63,696 nucleotides of DNA, filler included, from Octopus bimaculoides (GCF_001194135.2; 7 parts of 7 records of this genome joined end to end with filler, not necessarily neighbours in it), one strand, 5' to 3'; shown: positions 11,686 to 24,889, counted from the first letter of the whole stretch. Notes: generated by a model from the sequence alone, not told the origin. Program-made: numbers and translations.

Positions 11686-12583
11686 NNNNNNNNNNNNNNN
11701 NNNNNNNNNNNNNNNNNNNNNNNNNNNNNNNNNNNNNNNNNNNNNNNNNNNNNNNNNNNNNNNNNNNNNNNNNNNNNNNNNNNNNNNNNNNNNNNNNNNN
11801 NNNNNNNNNNNNNNNNNNNNNNNNNNNNNNNNNNNNNNNNNNNNNNNNNNNNNNNNNNNNNNNNNNNNNNNNNNNNNNNNNNNNNNNNNNNNNNNNNNNN
11901 NNNNNNNNNNNNNNNNNNNNNNNNNNNNNNNNNNNNNNNNNNNNNNNNNNNNNNNNNNNNNNNNNNNNNNNNNNNNNNNNNNNNNNNNNNNNNNNNNNNN
12001 NNNNNNNNNNNNNNNNNNNNNNNNNNNNNNNNNNNNNNNNNNNNNNNNNNNNNNNNNNNNNNNNNNNNNNNNNNNNNNNNNNNNNNNNNNNNNNNNNNNN
12101 NNNNNNNNNNNNNNNNNNNNNNNNNNNNNNNNNNNNNNNNNNNNNNNNNNNNNNNNNNNNNNNNNNNNNNNNNNNNNNNNNNNNNNNNNNNNNNNNNNNN
12201 NNNNNNNNNNNNNNNNNNNNNNNNNNNNNNNNNNNNNNNNNNNNNNNNNNNNNNNNNNNNNNNNNNNNNNNNNNNNNNNNNNNNNNNNNNNNNNNNNNNN
12301 NNNNNNNNNNNNNNNNNNNNNNNNNNNNNNNNNNNNNNNNNNNNNNNNNNNNNNNNNNNNNNNNNNNNNNNNNNNNNNNNNNNNNNNNNNNNNNNNNNNN
12401 NNNNNNNNNNNNNNNNNNNNNNNNNNNNNNNNNNNNNNNNNNNNNNNNNNNNNNNNNNNNNNNNNNNNNNNNNNNNNNNNNNNNNNNNNNNNNNNNNNNN
12501 NNNNNNNNNNNNNNNNNNNNNNNNNNNNNNNNNNNNNNNNNNNNNNNNNNNNNNNNNNNNNNNNNNNNNNNNNNNNNNNNNNN

Positions 12584-12644
<61 letters not shown>

Positions 12645-12648
<4 letters not shown>

Positions 12649-12850
12649 CTGTGTGTGTCCTCCATCACCACTTAACAACCGGTGTTGGTGTGTTTCTGTC
12701 CCCGGAACCTAGCTCTTCGGCAAAAGAGAACGATAGAATAAGAAATAAATCTTGAATCGATTTGTTCGACTAAAACCCTTCAAGGTGGTGCTCCAGTATG
12801 GCCCCTAGCTGTCAATTGACTGAAGCAAGTCGGAGAATAAAAGAATATAT
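12645..12850 (+). mobile_element. 3' half of the composite SINE following a (TG)n tract and gap
   Basis: GGCAAAAGAGAACGATAGAATAAG..TCGATTTGTTCGACTAAA..GGTGCTCCAGTATGGCC matches the 3' half of 53925. Confidence 0.8.
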
Positions 12851-12942
12851 ATACATATATGGATACGTTGATCTTGTGTACGCCTATGTATGCTTACATA
12901 TGCAATCGTGCTTACTTGTGTGAGTAGATGTGTATACATATT

Positions 12943-14199
12943 CAGGAGTTGGACAAAATAATGGAAACACCTTAAAATTTCAAACAAATTTATTTTAATG
13001 TTGGGTAGGACCGCCTTTGGCAGTAATTACAGCTTGAATTCTACGAAGTATCGACTCGTACAAAGTTTGAATTGTTTCCAAAGGAATTTTTGTCCATTCT
13101 TCAGCTAAAACAGTCTCCAGTTCTCGTAGTGATGATGGTGGAGGATATCGACTCCTTACTTGTTTTTCTAAAATACACCATAAATGTTCAATAATATTAA
13201 GATATGGGGACTGTGGTGACCAAATAAGATGTTCAACATCACTAGAATGTTCCTCGTGCCATTCAGTAACAACTTTAGCTATGTGAATTGGTGCATTATC
13301 ATCCTGAAATATTGCTTTTCCCTCCAGAAAAAGTTCCGCAACCATAGGATGAATTTGATCAGATGAAATAATTAAATAGTCTTGACTATTCTGCCATGAA
13401 AGGAAACCATTGGGCCGGCGGATTCCCAAGATATAGTCCCCCAGATCATCACAGATCCTCCTCCATGTTTAACAGTTGGAAGAAAGCAGTCTGGATCAAA
13501 TGCTTTTTTTGGCTGTCTCCACACGTATACTCGGCCAGGGGTCAGAAATAAGGTAAAGGATGACTCGTCCGAGAAAATAACATTCTTCCACTGTTCCTAG
13601 GGATCAATTTTGTAGGTTTATTCCATTCTAAATGCTTTACAACGTTTGTTTTTGAAAGTAGTGGTTTTCTCATTGCAGCTCTCCCGTGAAATCCGGCTTT
13701 GTGCAATCCTGGCTAACAGTTGATGTAGAAACTTAGTTCTCGATGTGGTCATTAAGCTCTGCAGTAATTTTGGGAGCTGTACTTTTGTTATCTTTTCTAA
13801 CAATCCGCGTTAGAGTCCGACGGTCCCTATCTGAAAGTTTTGGTTTTCTTCCGAAGTTTTGTTTCGACGAGGAGGTTTTTCCCTCTTTCTCAAAGGCTGT
13901 CATTGCTTTCGAAACAGTATTTCTTGATACACCAAGCATTTCGGCTGTTTTCGTTACGCTAGCGCCTGCCATTCGAGTACCAACTTTGAAAGTCCGATAG
14001 ATCTGTAATTTTAATGAATTTTAATTACAATTTTTCTGATGATATCTGAAAAGAAACAGCAATTTCATCAAAACATATTAAGTAGCACTAATAATAAATC
14101 AAAAAACATAAAAATAAACAAGCTTTTGACAGTTTTATGGATATTTCAAAATTATTATGCTATGATGCTCGGTGTTTCCGTTATTTTATCCAACCCCTG
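12943..14199 (-). mobile_element. Full-length (1257 bp) Tc1/mariner DNA transposon with DD36E spacing (Incomer-like)
   Basis: 29-bp TIRs: CAGGAGTTGGACAAAATAATGGAAACACC at 12943 and GGTGTTTCCGTTATTTTATCCAACCCCTG ending at 14199. TA follows the right end; the left flank reads TT. A transposase lies inside. Confidence 0.95.
12995..13972 (-). pseudogene. Disrupted Tc1-type transposase, DD36E
   Basis: HTH region AGASVTKTAEMLGVSRNTVSK..GRKPKLSDRDRR, first Asp in VIFSDESSF, then QDDNAPIH, 36 residues, and IIEHLW. The middle region is frameshifted. Confidence 0.9.
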
Positions 14200-14381
14200 T
14201 ACATTCATATACAATTGTGTGCATGTGTGTAAGTAAATAAGAACGTATATGTGAGCGTGATTATATTTGGACCAGTGCATGTGCGTGTGCGTGTGCAGGA
14301 AGATGAATGTGTGTATATATATATATATGTATGTGTGTCTGTGTCTGTGTCTGTGTGTGCATATATATATATATATCTATA

Positions 14382-14413
<32 letters not shown>

Positions 14414-15112
14414 NNNNNNNNNNNNNNNNNNNNNNNNNNNNNNNNNNNNNNNNNNNNNNNNNNNNNNNNNNNNNNNNNNNNNNNNNNNNNNNNNNNNNNN
14501 NNNNNNNNNNNNNNNNNNNNNNNNNNNNNNNNNNNNNNNNNNNNNNNNNNNNNNNNNNNNNNNNNNNNNNNNNNNNNNNNNNNNNNNNNNNNNNNNNNNT
14601 ATATATATATACATACATATAGTGTATATATAATTAGATATATATATATATAATATGTATATACATACATGCATACATACATACATACATACATATCGTT
14701 GGTACTATGCAAAAGTGTCGTAATTCCAAAACGTTGCTTTTTCAGAAAACGAAAAAGTAGTTTTACCATTCCATTTCTTTTTACATTAGCAACAGTTTCA
14801 GATTGACAATAATACTCTGTTAGGTGTATAAAATCGTGCATTATGCATTATATTTTCAGTTAGAAATATTTTCGCAAAAGTGTCGTATGTGGGACTTACT
14901 ACACTGTTGAAAAATGCTAAACCGTTGTACTACACTTTGACAATTTTCATATCTTGGCATCTGAAGCAGCTAGAGATACGATAGTTTAACCAAAAGAACC
15001 GGCTATTGCAAGCAAAATTGAATAATAAAGAATACGCATTTGGCCAAATTTGGACATAATAGTAACGATATATAGATATAGATATATAGCAACGATATAT
15101 AGATATGTTAAA

Positions 15113-15410
15113 GTGCATGGCTTAGTGGTTAGGATATTAGGTTCGCGATCGTAGGGTCACGTTCTGTCCTTGAGCAAGACACTTTATTTCAGGTTGCTCC
15201 AGTCCACACAGCTGGCAAAAATGAGTGGTAACTATATTTCAAGGGGTCAATCTTGTCACATTTATGTCACGTTGAATCTCCCTAAGAAGTATGTGAAGGG
15301 ATACGCATGTCTATGGAGTACTCAGCCACTTGCACGTTAACCTCGCGAGCCAACTGTTCCGTTGATCGGATCAGCTGGAACCCTCGTCGTCGTAAGCGAC
15401 GGAGTGTCAG
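15113..15410 (+). mobile_element. tRNA-SINE sharing its head with 11097 but with a different 3' part
   Basis: CATGGCTTAGTGGTTAGG..GTCCTTGAGCAAGACACTTTATTTCAGGTTGCTCCAGTCCAC.CAGCTGGCAAAAATGAGT. Confidence 0.7.
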
Positions 15411-15449
15411 TATAGATCCACACACACACACACACACACACATACACAC

Positions 15450-15480
<31 letters not shown>

Positions 15481-15755
15481 TGTNNNNNNNNNNATGTATG
15501 TATGTATGCATGTATATGTATGTATATGTATGTGTGTATGTGTGTGAAGCAATTATGTGCTGAAATTATATCTTGAGAACAATCAGTGGCATATATTGAT
15601 AAATATGAAAATTACACGTTCCACTTAACGAATTTCTTCATTTTCTACATCTTACTCCCACTCTCACACATACACACCTCCTCCATCCCTTATTCACACA
15701 CATACACACGCACATACACACATTCTCTCTTTTTCCATGTCTCTCCCCTCCATCC

Positions 15756-15847
<92 letters not shown>

Positions 15848-15966
15848 TACATAGTGCGAGTTTGGGCTCACGATTAATGACCAGTATTTAGAGCTCTATT
15901 TGTACTTTTATATTCTAAAATAAATCATAACCAATTCTCTGAACAAACTCTCCAATCTTGTGTGAG

Positions 15967-16010
<44 letters not shown>

Positions 16011-16794
16011 CATAAATATTCATATATCTGAAGCTTCATGCTCTAGCAAGTTGTATTTATCTTCTAATGTACGGATATAGATGCGCGCGCATGCCCATAT
16101 TTGTAAGTGTATGTTCATACATCTATGTATATATGTACAGAAATTTATATTTCCTTTTCTATTTCTTAATATCTATACATGCATGCTTATCTACAAGAAT
16201 ATCATATTACATACACACATACATACATACATACATACACACATACACACATACATACATACATACATACACACATACATACATACATACATACATACAT
16301 ACTTACATACATACATTTCATTTATAAATTGCATTGAGCCTGTCTGAACCTGTTCCTCCAAAAGGACTCGCATGGTTATATATCGTCACAGATGAACAAG
16401 CAGTTGGAAAGAAACAAGTTAGGGGATGCGCTGTGCAATTCTTGATTGACAAAAATGGATTATCAGAAACGCAGCGGCACAGAGGGGACTTGGTCAAAAA
16501 TCATTTGACTCTGATCCCCACTCATGAATACTAGTGTCCTTTCGTCTTGCTACAATTCTAGATTTAGTTATCAAATCTGTTGACAACCTGACTTCGTTTT
16601 GGGTCACCATTCTGAATTTGAATACAGGAAGTGGTTTTATTGCAATTATGAGTATACAGTATCGCAGAAATACATTTCAGAATGACATTCTCTACCTGAT
16701 GTTTTTGTTTTTGCTTTTTGTTTCTTTTTCTATAATTTTCAGTAAATCCCCATTCCCTTTTAAGAAGAATATACGATTGGCCTGCAGGAACTCA

Positions 16795-17620
16795 GAAACA
16801 CCTACCTAGCTCATTGCTGCTTCGTGGATGATTTGAATATATGACAAGAATATGGATGCCATGAAGGAGAGCTTTGTTACGACATTCTCAAAAGATATAG
16901 GAATGGAGTTTGGTCAAGAGAATGATTCTTACTTGGTAAAGCAAAGAAGAACTCCAAGCCCAACAAGTAATATTACTGTCAACTGCTTGACTATTTCTCT
17001 AAAATCTGACGAGGAAATCTACAAGTATTAAGGAATAGATGAAAATATTTCCCATGATGATATTTCCCATATTTCCCAGGTTACACACAACGAGGAGTGT
17101 GTAACCTGGAAATATTTTATACCAAGATAAAGAAAATATGCGCCTCAGAATTTTCCACATGCAATAAATCGATAGCCCATGGTGCGTTAACGGTGTCGGT
17201 GATCACACCAGCATTTGGGTAACGTGATTGGACGATAGATGAAACCCAGTTTACTGATGTTCAAACCTGAAATTTGTTAACTTGGAATTTCCACATCAGC
17301 AGTGATGTAGACTGCCTTTGCTTGAGACGAAAACAAGGCTATGTCGTGACAAAAAATCTATACGATGGTATATGTAACGTGGTTAATTCTGGGGAGACAG
17401 CTATAAGAAACTACACTGATAGTGCGTGCATAACCTGTCAAGACTTCAATAAAATGCAAGCTCAACTAACCAGACATCAAGATCTAGAACAGAGAAAAGA
17501 AACTATGAGAGAGAAACTAGTAATTAGAATCAGCAGATGTCAACATCACATCAAGGGTTAACGAAAAAGACAACAACTGCGCCGAACATATGAGAAATCT
17601 ACGAGTATCACAGCTGGAAC
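16795..17620 (+). mobile_element. Decayed R4/Dong-like reverse transcriptase fragment
   Basis: HCCFVDDL is the RT YxDD region. Also TFSKDIGMEFGQE, YKY*GIDE and NFHISSDVDCLCLRRKQG (resembling LYLPRxxGGRGL). Many stops and frameshifts. Confidence 0.8.
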
Positions 17621-18528
17621 ATACATATAGATTTCTACTAATAATTGTAGGAACGCTTGACTCCATGACCAGCTGCTTTAATACCAGTCTTGAATAGCTG
17701 TAATGTACAAAAACGAAACAATGTGGCTAATTAGAAGATTACACCTACAAGCTGTCAAATGTACTTTACAAATATGTAAAACATCAATGAAGTTCAACAT
17801 ATAAGTTTCACATATGCAATGCCGTCCATAACTGCATCTATGTGTATATGTGTGCACCCACATGTACATATACATACAAGTACAAATGCATAAATACGCA
17901 CATATACATACATACATATATACAAGATTACCATATTTGATGTTTAAATTCTAATAAAAAGTCTAGCTCTGGGCTAGAAACCGGGTATTGCTCCATAAAT
18001 ATGAAATATTAAAAAATAATATTAAAACATACATGCATGCATGCTTGCATATACCCACACACACATGCACATGCACACACACATATATATNNNNNNNNNN
18101 NNNNNNNNNNNNNNNNNNNNNNNNNNNNNNNNNNNNNNNNNNNNNNNNNNNNNNNNNNNNNNNNNNNNNNNNNNNNNNNNNNNNNNNNNNNNNNNNNNNN
18201 NNNNNNNNNNNNNNNNNNNNNNNNNNNNNNNNNNNNNNNNNNNNNNNNNNNNNNNNNNNNNNNNNNNNNNNNNNNNNNNNNNNNNNNNNNNNNNNNNNNN
18301 NNNNNNNNNNNNNNNNNNNNNNNNNNNNNNNNNNNNNNNNNNNNNNNNNNNNNNNNNNNNNNNNNNNNNNNNNNNNNNNNNNNNNNNNNNNNNNNNNNNN
18401 NNNNNNNNNNNNNNNNNNNNNNNNNNNNNNNNNNNNNNNNNNNNNNNNNNNNNNNNNNNNNNNNNNNNNNNNNNNNNNNNNNNNNNNNNNNNNNNNNNNN
18501 NNNNNNNNNNNNNNNNNNNNNNNNNNNN

Positions 18529-18763
18529 GCACATAAAAGACACCATTTCGAGCGTGGCCGTTTTCGTGCGGGTGACACGTAAAAGCACCCACTACACTTT
18601 CTGAGTGGTTGGCGTTAGGAAGGGCATCCAGCTGTAGAAACTCTGCCAAATTAGATTGGAGCCTGGTGTTGCCATCCGGTTTCACCAGTCCTCAGTCAAA
18701 TCGTCCAACCCATGTTAGCATGGAAAGCGGACGTTAAACGATGATGATGATGATGATGATGAT
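18529..18763 (+). mobile_element. 3' part of a SINE with an RTE-like end and (GAT)n tail
   Basis: GTTGGCGTTAGGAAGGGCATCCAGCTGTAGAAA..CCCATGTTAGCATGGAAAGCGGACGTTAAACGATGATGATG. The 5' part is lost in the gap. Confidence 0.7.
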
Positions 18764-18969
18764 ATATATAAATGCATATACATATACATACATAAATGCA
18801 TGTATGTGTAGATGCATGCATACATATCTACATACATGGTAGGTGTCAACTCATTCAAAATATATTCTTAATGGAGGTTTAGTTACAATTTTCTTTTAAC
18901 TGTTTTAATTTTCATTGTGATAATTCTTTTCTTGCTATTACTAAGGCAAGTCGTTCATTCGCACTAACA

Positions 18970-19000
<31 letters not shown>

Positions 19001-19117
19001 CATACATACATACATACATACATACATACATGCATACAAACATGGTAGGTGTCAACTCGTCGACAAGTATGACCATCACTGAAAAATTATCCAAAGTGTT
19101 TAAAGACAAAAGCTGTC

Positions 19118-19469
19118 ATATAGGCGCAGGAGTGGCTGTGTGGTAAGTAGCTTGCTTACCAGCCACATGGTTCCGGGTTCAGTCCCACTGCGTGGCACCT
19201 TGGGCAAGTGTCTTCTACTATAGCTTCGGACCGACCAAAGCCTTGTGAGTGGATTTGGTAGACGGAAACTGAAAGAAGCTCGTCGTACATATATATATAT
19301 GTATGTGTGTGTATATGTTTGTGTGTCTGTGTTTGTCCCCCAGCATCGCTTGACAACCGATGCTGGTGTTTTTACGTCCCCGTAACTTAGCGGTTCTGCA
19401 AAAGAGACCGATAGAATAAGTACTAGGCTTACAAAGAATAAGTCCTGGGGTCGATTTCTTCGACTAAAG
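19118..19469 (+). mobile_element. Young composite SINE, truncated by a gap
   Basis: TATAGGCGCAGGAGTGGCTGTGTGGTAAG..GGGTTCAGTCCC..ACCTTGGGCAAG, internal TA/TG tract and 3' half. All seven 5'-half CpGs are retained. Confidence 0.92.
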
Positions 19470-20367
19470 NNNNNNNNNNNNNNNNNNNNNNNNNNNNNNN
19501 NNNNNNNNNNNNNNNNNNNNNNNNNNNNNNNNNNNNNNNNNNNNNNNNNNNNNNNNNNNNNNNNNNNNNNNNNNNNNNNNNNNNNNNNNNNNNNNNNNNN
19601 NNNNNNNNNNNNNNNNNNNNNNNNNNNNNNNNNNNNNNNNNNNNNNNNNNNNNNNNNNNNNNNNNNNNNNNNNNNNNNNNNNNNNNNNNNNNNNNNNNNN
19701 NNNNNNNNNNNNNNNNNNNNNNNNNNNNNNNNNNNNNNNNNNNNNNNNNNNNNNNNNNNNNNNNNNNNNNNNNNNNNNNNNNNNNNNNNNNNNNNNNNNN
19801 NNNNNNNNNNNNNNNNNNNNNNNNNNNNNNNNNNNNNNNNNNNNNNNNNNNNNNNNNNNNNNNNNNNNNNNNNNNNNNNNNNNNNNNNNNNNNNNNNNNN
19901 NNNNNNNNNNNNNNNNNNNNNNNNNNNNNNNNNNNNNNNNNNNNNNNNNNNNNNNNNNNNNNNNNNNNNNNNNNNNNNNNNNNNNNNNNNNNNNNNNNNN
20001 NNNNNNNNNNNNNNNNNNNNNNNNNNNNNNNNNNNNNNNNNNNNNNNNNNNNNNNNNNNNNNNNNNNNNNNNNNNNNNNNNNNNNNNNNNNNNNNNNNNN
20101 NNNNNNNNNNNNNNNNNNNNNNNNNNNNNNNNNNNNNNNNNNNNNNNNNNNNNNNNNNNNNNNNNNNNNNNNNNNNNNNNNNNNNNNNNNNNNNNNNNNN
20201 NNNNNNNNNNNNNNNNNNNNNNNNNNNNNNNNNNNNNNNNNNNNNNNNTGTGTGTGTGTGTGATTGTATGCATGTGTTTTCCTTTGTATTTTACTTCCTC
20301 TCCTTGTCTTTGTTTTTCTCTCTTTCAATTTTCTTTCTCTTTCTCTGTCTCTTCCATTCTCTCTGTC

Positions 20368-20406
<39 letters not shown>

Positions 20407-20583
20407 CTCTCTCTCTCACCCATTCGTCCTCACTGAAGTTAATGAAGCCTAATGATTGCTATTTGTCGCATTGTTCCATTACTACAGAGAAAATTAGCGG
20501 GAAATGTTACATGACTGGGAAGACGGATGAGTAGGCAGGCTGGTAGGTTATGTAGGCAGAGAGTCGAATACGTAGATAAAAAC

Positions 20584-20634
<51 letters not shown>

Positions 20635-21162
20635 AGATCCATGATAGAGAGATATGAGATAACAAAGGGGGAAGAGAAAAAGGAAAAAAATAGAAAGAAA
20701 GGAAAGAATGAGGAAGGAAGTAAGGAAGGTTGGGAAGCACGTAGAAAAAAAACGAAAAAAGCTGTGAAAAATAAATGAAAGAAAAATGATGTAGAAGGCG
20801 GGTGAAAGAGACTGAAATGAAAGTATATTTATTGTGTAGGTTGTTGTGGCATGATTGCAGTCATAATAATAATGATAATGATAATAATAATGATAATAAT
20901 AATAATGATAATAATAATAATAATAAATGATGATGATGATGATGATGATGATGACGACGAGTGTTGTTGCCGCCATATTTCCATGCTAATTTGCCGTCTT
21001 TCATCATATATTTCCAATGTCGACATGTTACGAGATCAACGACGCTCCATAACTATTTTGCTGACGATACTTAGATTAAAAAATTGTCGTCTGCAAAATA
21101 TTTCTCACATTCTCCCTGTACTTTATTTACATTGATATGTTGTGTGTGTGTGTGGTGGTGGG

Positions 21163-21515
21163 GGTGTAGCTTAGTGATTAGGCGTGTTTGCACTTACAAT
21201 CATAATATCATGATTTCAATACACAGATCGGCTGCACCTTGTATTCTTACGCAAAACACTTCATTTTACATTGCAACAGTTCACTCAACTGCAAATGGAT
21301 AATCCTGCGACGGACTAGCTTCCCGCTCGGGAGGAATATTGGCCGTCACGCTTAGCCAGTGGGGTAGCATCATTTTAACCTTCAAGTAATCGGCATTGTG
21401 ACCAGCAACGTGTAACAACATGCGACAGTCTGGTCGATCACGTAACATATATATAAGGCGCTGCTCCAGCATGACCGCAGTCACATAACTGAAGCAAATA
21501 AAAGAATAAAGTATG
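21163..21515 (+). mobile_element. Decayed SINE with an 11097-type head/V-like segment and a composite-SINE-type tail
   Basis: GTAGCTTAGTGATTAGG..AATCCTGCGACGGACTAGCTTCCCG..GCTGCTCCAGCATGACCGCAGTCA..ACTGAAGCAAATAAAAGAATAAAG. Confidence 0.6.
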
Positions 21516-22188
21516 TAATGGCAGCCAGTAACTTGGGCTCCTTTTACTGAGCCTGGTCGCAATTCATTTATTTTCATTCGGAGTCTGACGGTCGTCTTAG
21601 AGGTGCCCTTGTCATCATTCACACGCGCCTGACTCGGGCTCAAAAGTTACAGCCCGAATTGTTATGTATAATCGTAAAAATTCAAATTCAATGTTTTCTT
21701 GAAACAATAAATTTCTATAGAGATTAAGATTTAAATTCCACTCTATGAAAATTTTCCGTTCTACAATATTCTTAAAGGAACGGAAAATTATTCAGCAACT
21801 CAGGCCAATACGAACGAACCTGGTAGGTGTAAAAGACTAAGTAGCATCTCTAGTCAAGAGTACAGGCGATAGTCAGAGCGCTGATGTTTGCTGTGCACTC
21901 CACTGTCGTTATTTGATTGGCGTTATTATGTACGTCTGTGCGTAAAAATCATTTGTGTTTTGCAGGGTTGATTTAATTTTACCCTTAAATTAGAAATGGA
22001 GGAAGACATAGTGTGCTAGATATAAAAGATGAGCTATTTAGGGATGGAAATAAAGCGGAAAAAACGTGAAATTCTTCGAGCTGGCACGTGTCTTATACAA
22101 AATCAAGACAAGAAAGAATACAACGATTTATATTATAGATTTATNNNNNNNNNNNNNNNNNNNNNNNNNNNNNNNNNNNNNNNNNNNN

Positions 22189-22200
22189 TTAATTAATTAA
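22189..22200. other. Assembly gap linker TTAATTAATTAA (also at 29664, 35105, 47782, 59922 and 62506)
   Basis: An identical self-complementary 12-mer with TAA in all six frames. The first two instances counted give 44 N + 12 + 44 N = 100 positions. Confidence 0.9.
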
Positions 22201-22848
22201 NNNNNNNNNNNNNNNNNNNNNNNNNNNNNNNNNNNNNNNNNNNNGATTAGAAGACTACAGATTCAAGCCATCAATGGAACTGTAAAGATATGTAAAACTT
22301 TCCAAAAATTTAGCACATAAATACATATGCATGCATCTAGACATAAAAACGCATCCATAAAACAAACATAGAGATCTGCGCATACACTGACACCAAATAC
22401 TGCACACACACACATATGCACAAATACCTAGATGATGTTGATAAAAGTTCCAATGAAGGAGCCTTGAATCTATGTTAGAGTCCGGCTCTTTCTCTATGGA
22501 CAAGAAATACAGAAATGAAACTGATTGATAACATACATAGATATACAATAGCGAATGTAATGTGGGTGTGAAAATATTTCAGTCCTTTGCTGTAGTTTTG
22601 AGATTTATATCATTATTTTAATGGTTGTAAAACGTTGGCAGCGTGAGTGTAACGTATTTTCGTAGGTGGTTGTAGTTGTTGTCATTGTGGTTGTTCTTGA
22701 TGTTAATGATGTTGGAAGCAGTATTTGTTATTAAGGTTAATATGGGAAGAAATTTGTTTTTCTTTTTTTATAAATTTATCATATATTGTTTATTATTTCT
22801 ATGTTTGTTTAAATTTTAATTGTCAAATATCTATTATTGCTACTGCTG

Positions 22849-22922
<74 letters not shown>

Positions 22923-23553
22923 GTTATTATTATTTTAAAGTTTTATTTGTTTGCAATGTTTGTTTGTTTCATATTTTATTTTCTCTGTTAATTTTAAATC
23001 ACTTCGGGTGAAAAGAAATTTATTAAGAATACAAAAAAAAGAAAAATCACTACCAGAATAAACAGAAAAGATTTAGCGCGTAAAACGCATAAAACAAAAC
23101 AAAATTCAACTGAAAATTAACAANNNNNNNNNNNNNNNNNNNNNNNNNNNNNNNNNNNNNNNNNNNNNNNNNNNNNNNNNNNNNNNNNNNNNNNNNNNNN
23201 NNNNNNNNNNNNNNNNNNNNNNNNNNNNNNNNNNNNNNNNNNNNNNNNNNNNNNNNNNNNNNNNNNNNNNNNNNNNNNNNNNNNNNNNNNNNNNNNNNNN
23301 NNNNNNNNNNNNNNNNNNNNNNNNNNNNNNNNNNNNNNNNNNNNNNNNNNNNNNNNNNNNNNNNNNNNNNNNNNNNNNNNNNNNNNNNNNNNNNNNNNNN
23401 NNNNNNNNNNNNNNNNNNNNNNNNNNNNNNNNNNNNNNNNNNNNNNNNNNNNNNNNNNNNNNNNNNNNNNNNNNNNNNNNNNNNNNNNNNNNNNNNNNNN
23501 NNNNNNNNNNNNNNNNNNNNNNNNNNNNNNNNNNNNNNNNNNNNNNNNNNNNN

Positions 23554-23598
<45 letters not shown>

Positions 23599-24664
23599 TG
23601 TATATGGATATATATGCATATATGTATAGATATGCATATATATCGAGATGATTATAGCGAAAGAATAAGGAGGAGTAGCTGAAGTGGAAAATGATAATGG
23701 GAGAGGAAGGTGTATGAGATAGAAAGTGTCAAAGAGAGATTGAATGACAAGGACAGAAACGGAAAGGGGAAAAAGAGAGAAATAGAGAGAAAGAAGGTTA
23801 GGAAGTGAGAGGAAGTGAGAGTGTACATGTGATGAAGGTAGAAGGAGACGGAGAAAAATGTGGAAGAGTGAAAAGCAAAGGAGTAATTACTGGAAGAGGC
23901 AATGACAGAGTGAGCAAAGTTGAGAAATGAAGAAAATATTTCTTGAGCATTTATTCGTAAGAAGGGGAGCAGGGTAGATGACCTTGACCTTTATAAGTCG
24001 TCCTTGATCGAAGAGGTCGTGGCGGTGGCATTCTGTGAGTTGATACTTGTGGCGATAGAAAGCAAAAATCATGCGACAGGGTGCACCTTATGATTACTCA
24101 AGCAAGCACACAGTCTGCTAGGAACATCAGCTAAAATTTTGTAGCATTACACCCTAGCGTACAGAACAAGAAACAATGAATAAAAAAAGTACCGTATGAC
24201 CAAGGATATCTAATATATCTTTTTATGATAGGTGCATACTAAACTGGATTGGCTTAGGGCTAAACAACACAAAATCTGCGATGAAACGTGTGAGAAGATA
24301 TCTGTAGGAGTGCGTAGTAAATTACTTAACGCTGGGTTGATATTGTCAGAGAATGTAGAGATGATGAAAAGGGGAAAGGTGCCTATTGAAGGTGAAAGTG
24401 GTACGTGTGTTACAAGTTCAGAAGATCAGACGTCACAATACCAGTGGGTGAAAAGAGGTACAGGGGGACTTAACCGATGCCTGAAAGTTGAAATCTAACT
24501 GAGCATTTCTATAAACAGAATCGGTTGCATAAACAAGAAATTGAAATACGTAATGAGGAATGAAAACGATTTAAATATTTAAATATAGGGTTCTAGTATA
24601 ACTGCTGAATATTGACTGAAGGTAAAAAATAAATAAATAACAATAAATAAATAAATTAATAAAG

Positions 24665-24844
24665 AGCAGGCGTGGCTGTGAAGGCGCAGGCCTGGCTGTG
24701 AGGTGAGAAGCTTGCTTCCCAACTACATGCTTCCATATTCAGTCTCACTGCGTCGCCCTTCGGCATATGTCTCCTACTATAACCTCAGGCCGACCAAAGG
24801 CTGGTGAATGGATTTGGTAGACGGAAACTGAAAAAAGCCGGTCG

Positions 24845-24889
<45 letters not shown>

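Noticed and set aside
19118-19200. tRNA-like A/B boxes here and in other SINE heads
   Set aside because: No cloverleaf could be drawn, and each continues into SINE body sequence, so they are not tRNA genes.
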